From the NCBI GenBank assembly GCA_001600815.1, contig BCKZ01000009.1:62001-86493 (forward strand): a stretch of 24,493 nt of DNA. Reading direction: 5' to 3'. Source of the DNA: Alloascoidea hylecoeti (lineage: Eukaryota). Both the position numbers and the translations under genes were made by a program. Positions 23,392 through 24,493 of this stretch are shown here, piece by piece (the first letter of the stretch is position 1; every line of letters begins with the position of its first letter). A model generated the notes under the pieces. It saw nothing but the letters and a program-made list of their open reading frames with translations, was not told the origin of the DNA and did no database searches.

Positions 23392-24141
23392 CTATGGCTT
23401 ATTGCTAGAGAATCCAAAATTGATAAAGTGAATATCTCCATCAGAACTCTCGATTAAATCTTCTTTTCTGATATCTCCATGGATAATATTTTGAGAATGT
23501 AATTACTCTTAAATTTTAAATTTGAGGCTGCTTTTTTCCAATTATCATCATTTGTAAAATCAGGTTTCTTAATACCTTCCATCTTCATGATGCTTAGCAG
23601 AATCAGATATGAATTCAATAGATTCAAAACAGATTACGTCTGGAACAAAATTAATCGGATTTTTACATTTCTGTATCAAGCAATAGGTGTCATATTCAGT
23701 AACAAAATGTTCCATACATTTCTTTGGCATATTATCAATATCATCAGTTCCTTGATTCGCGCAATAAGGATCATAAATTTTTAATATGTATTGGGAATTT
23801 TCTTCCAATGGAAAGGAAGATACACCATTATCATCACTCATATGTTCTAGGGTTGTTTTTGAAACCCTAAGAACTTGAGAGTGATACTCTCTGAGCGTGA
23901 ATATTGCATCATTAATTTCTCTAATTTCAACGATGACAAAGCATCTTTATTTAAACATAAATTTCTTCGTATAAAATATTATTGTTTTTCCGTCCAAATG
24001 CTTATTTAAAAGATGTGTGATCTCGGTACGGTATTGTTTAGCTTCTCTTTTTGCTTCCGTAGCATTAATTAGCTGTGCATCTGTAAGAGTTTTCATTGAA
24101 CTTTCCACCTTTTCTTGTGAATGTCTTTCGAAAAATTCCAT
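23392..24141 (-). pseudogene. Decayed protein-kinase-like gene (small atypical kinase fold)
   Basis: MEFFERHSQ...KFMFK* (stop 23947-23949) continues in frame RCFVIVEI...HSQVLRV...QYILKIYDP...FVTEYDTY...FVPDV...GRY. After frameshifts it reads LHSQNIIHGDIRKEDLIESSDGDIHFINFGFS (catalytic-loop HGD and a DFG-equivalent). Confidence 0.75.
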
Positions 24142-24214
24142 AGCCTTTCTTATGAAAATGATTGAATAAAAAAAAAGTAAGTGTTTCTGTTTGATAACTA
24201 CATATTTTTGTAAG

Positions 24215-24493
24215 GATATAGGTCTTAATTTGGATACATCTGATGAATCAACTTGTAAAAGGACGCTTCCAGTAGCATATTGTGACGCGTCGCAGAAAAT
24301 GACACATGGCTTTGAAGTGTCAAAAGGAATTAATTGGTGTAATATTATATTTTTTAAATTTTGATATTCTGTTTCACATTCTACAGGCCATTTAAAAACT
24401 GCATTCTTTTGTAGTAAATTGGTTAAATTCCACGTTTTGTCTCCAAAGTGTGGAATATTTTTCATATAATATCCAATATGTCCTAATAGAACT
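24215..24493 (-). mobile_element. Ty3/gypsy LTR-retrotransposon pol fragment (RT connection region into RNase H), truncated; continues beyond the window
   Basis: LLGHIGLYMKNIPHF...LTNLLQKNAVFKW...CETEYQNLK...PCVIFCDASQYATGSVLLQ...LRPIS matches the gypsy consensus FLG..GYYR.FIP.F...LT.LL.K...F.W...LK...DAS..A.GAVL.Q...RPI. Confidence 0.88.

Noticed and set aside
23947..24465. 172-aa ORF as a genuine RT/RNase H-kinase fusion protein
   Set aside because: Retroelement homology stops at RPIS. The frame continues through T-rich leader-like DNA into a kinase pseudogene with stops, so the join is most likely a chance in-frame junction.

Overview
AT-rich fungal DNA from a budding yeast (Saccharomycotina); the species cannot be fixed from sequence alone. 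Two blocks of conserved genes, TGL3 (4 introns)-ELP6-ZUO1 (464-4799) and the divergent MED17/SRB4 and Ca2+/cation exchanger pair (17437-22146), alternate with decaying accessory DNA. The accessory DNA is dominated by an expanded F-box/WD40 family: two intact genes (11633-12895, 15434-16681) and about five pseudogenes or fragments in both orientations. These show conserved F-box and propeller cores, variable predicted substrate-facing loops, a chimeric copy and a 98-bp perfect tract shared between a pseudogene and an intact gene. Also present are a frameshifted gene with two copia-Gag-like domains around a Gln-rich spacer (6493-7968), a decayed kinase-like gene abutting a WD40 fragment (23015-24141) and a Ty3/gypsy pol fragment at the right edge. 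A sharp GC-rich island covers the MED17/exchanger bidirectional promoter and the 5' ends of both genes. All calls come from reading and translating by eye; no database searches were run.
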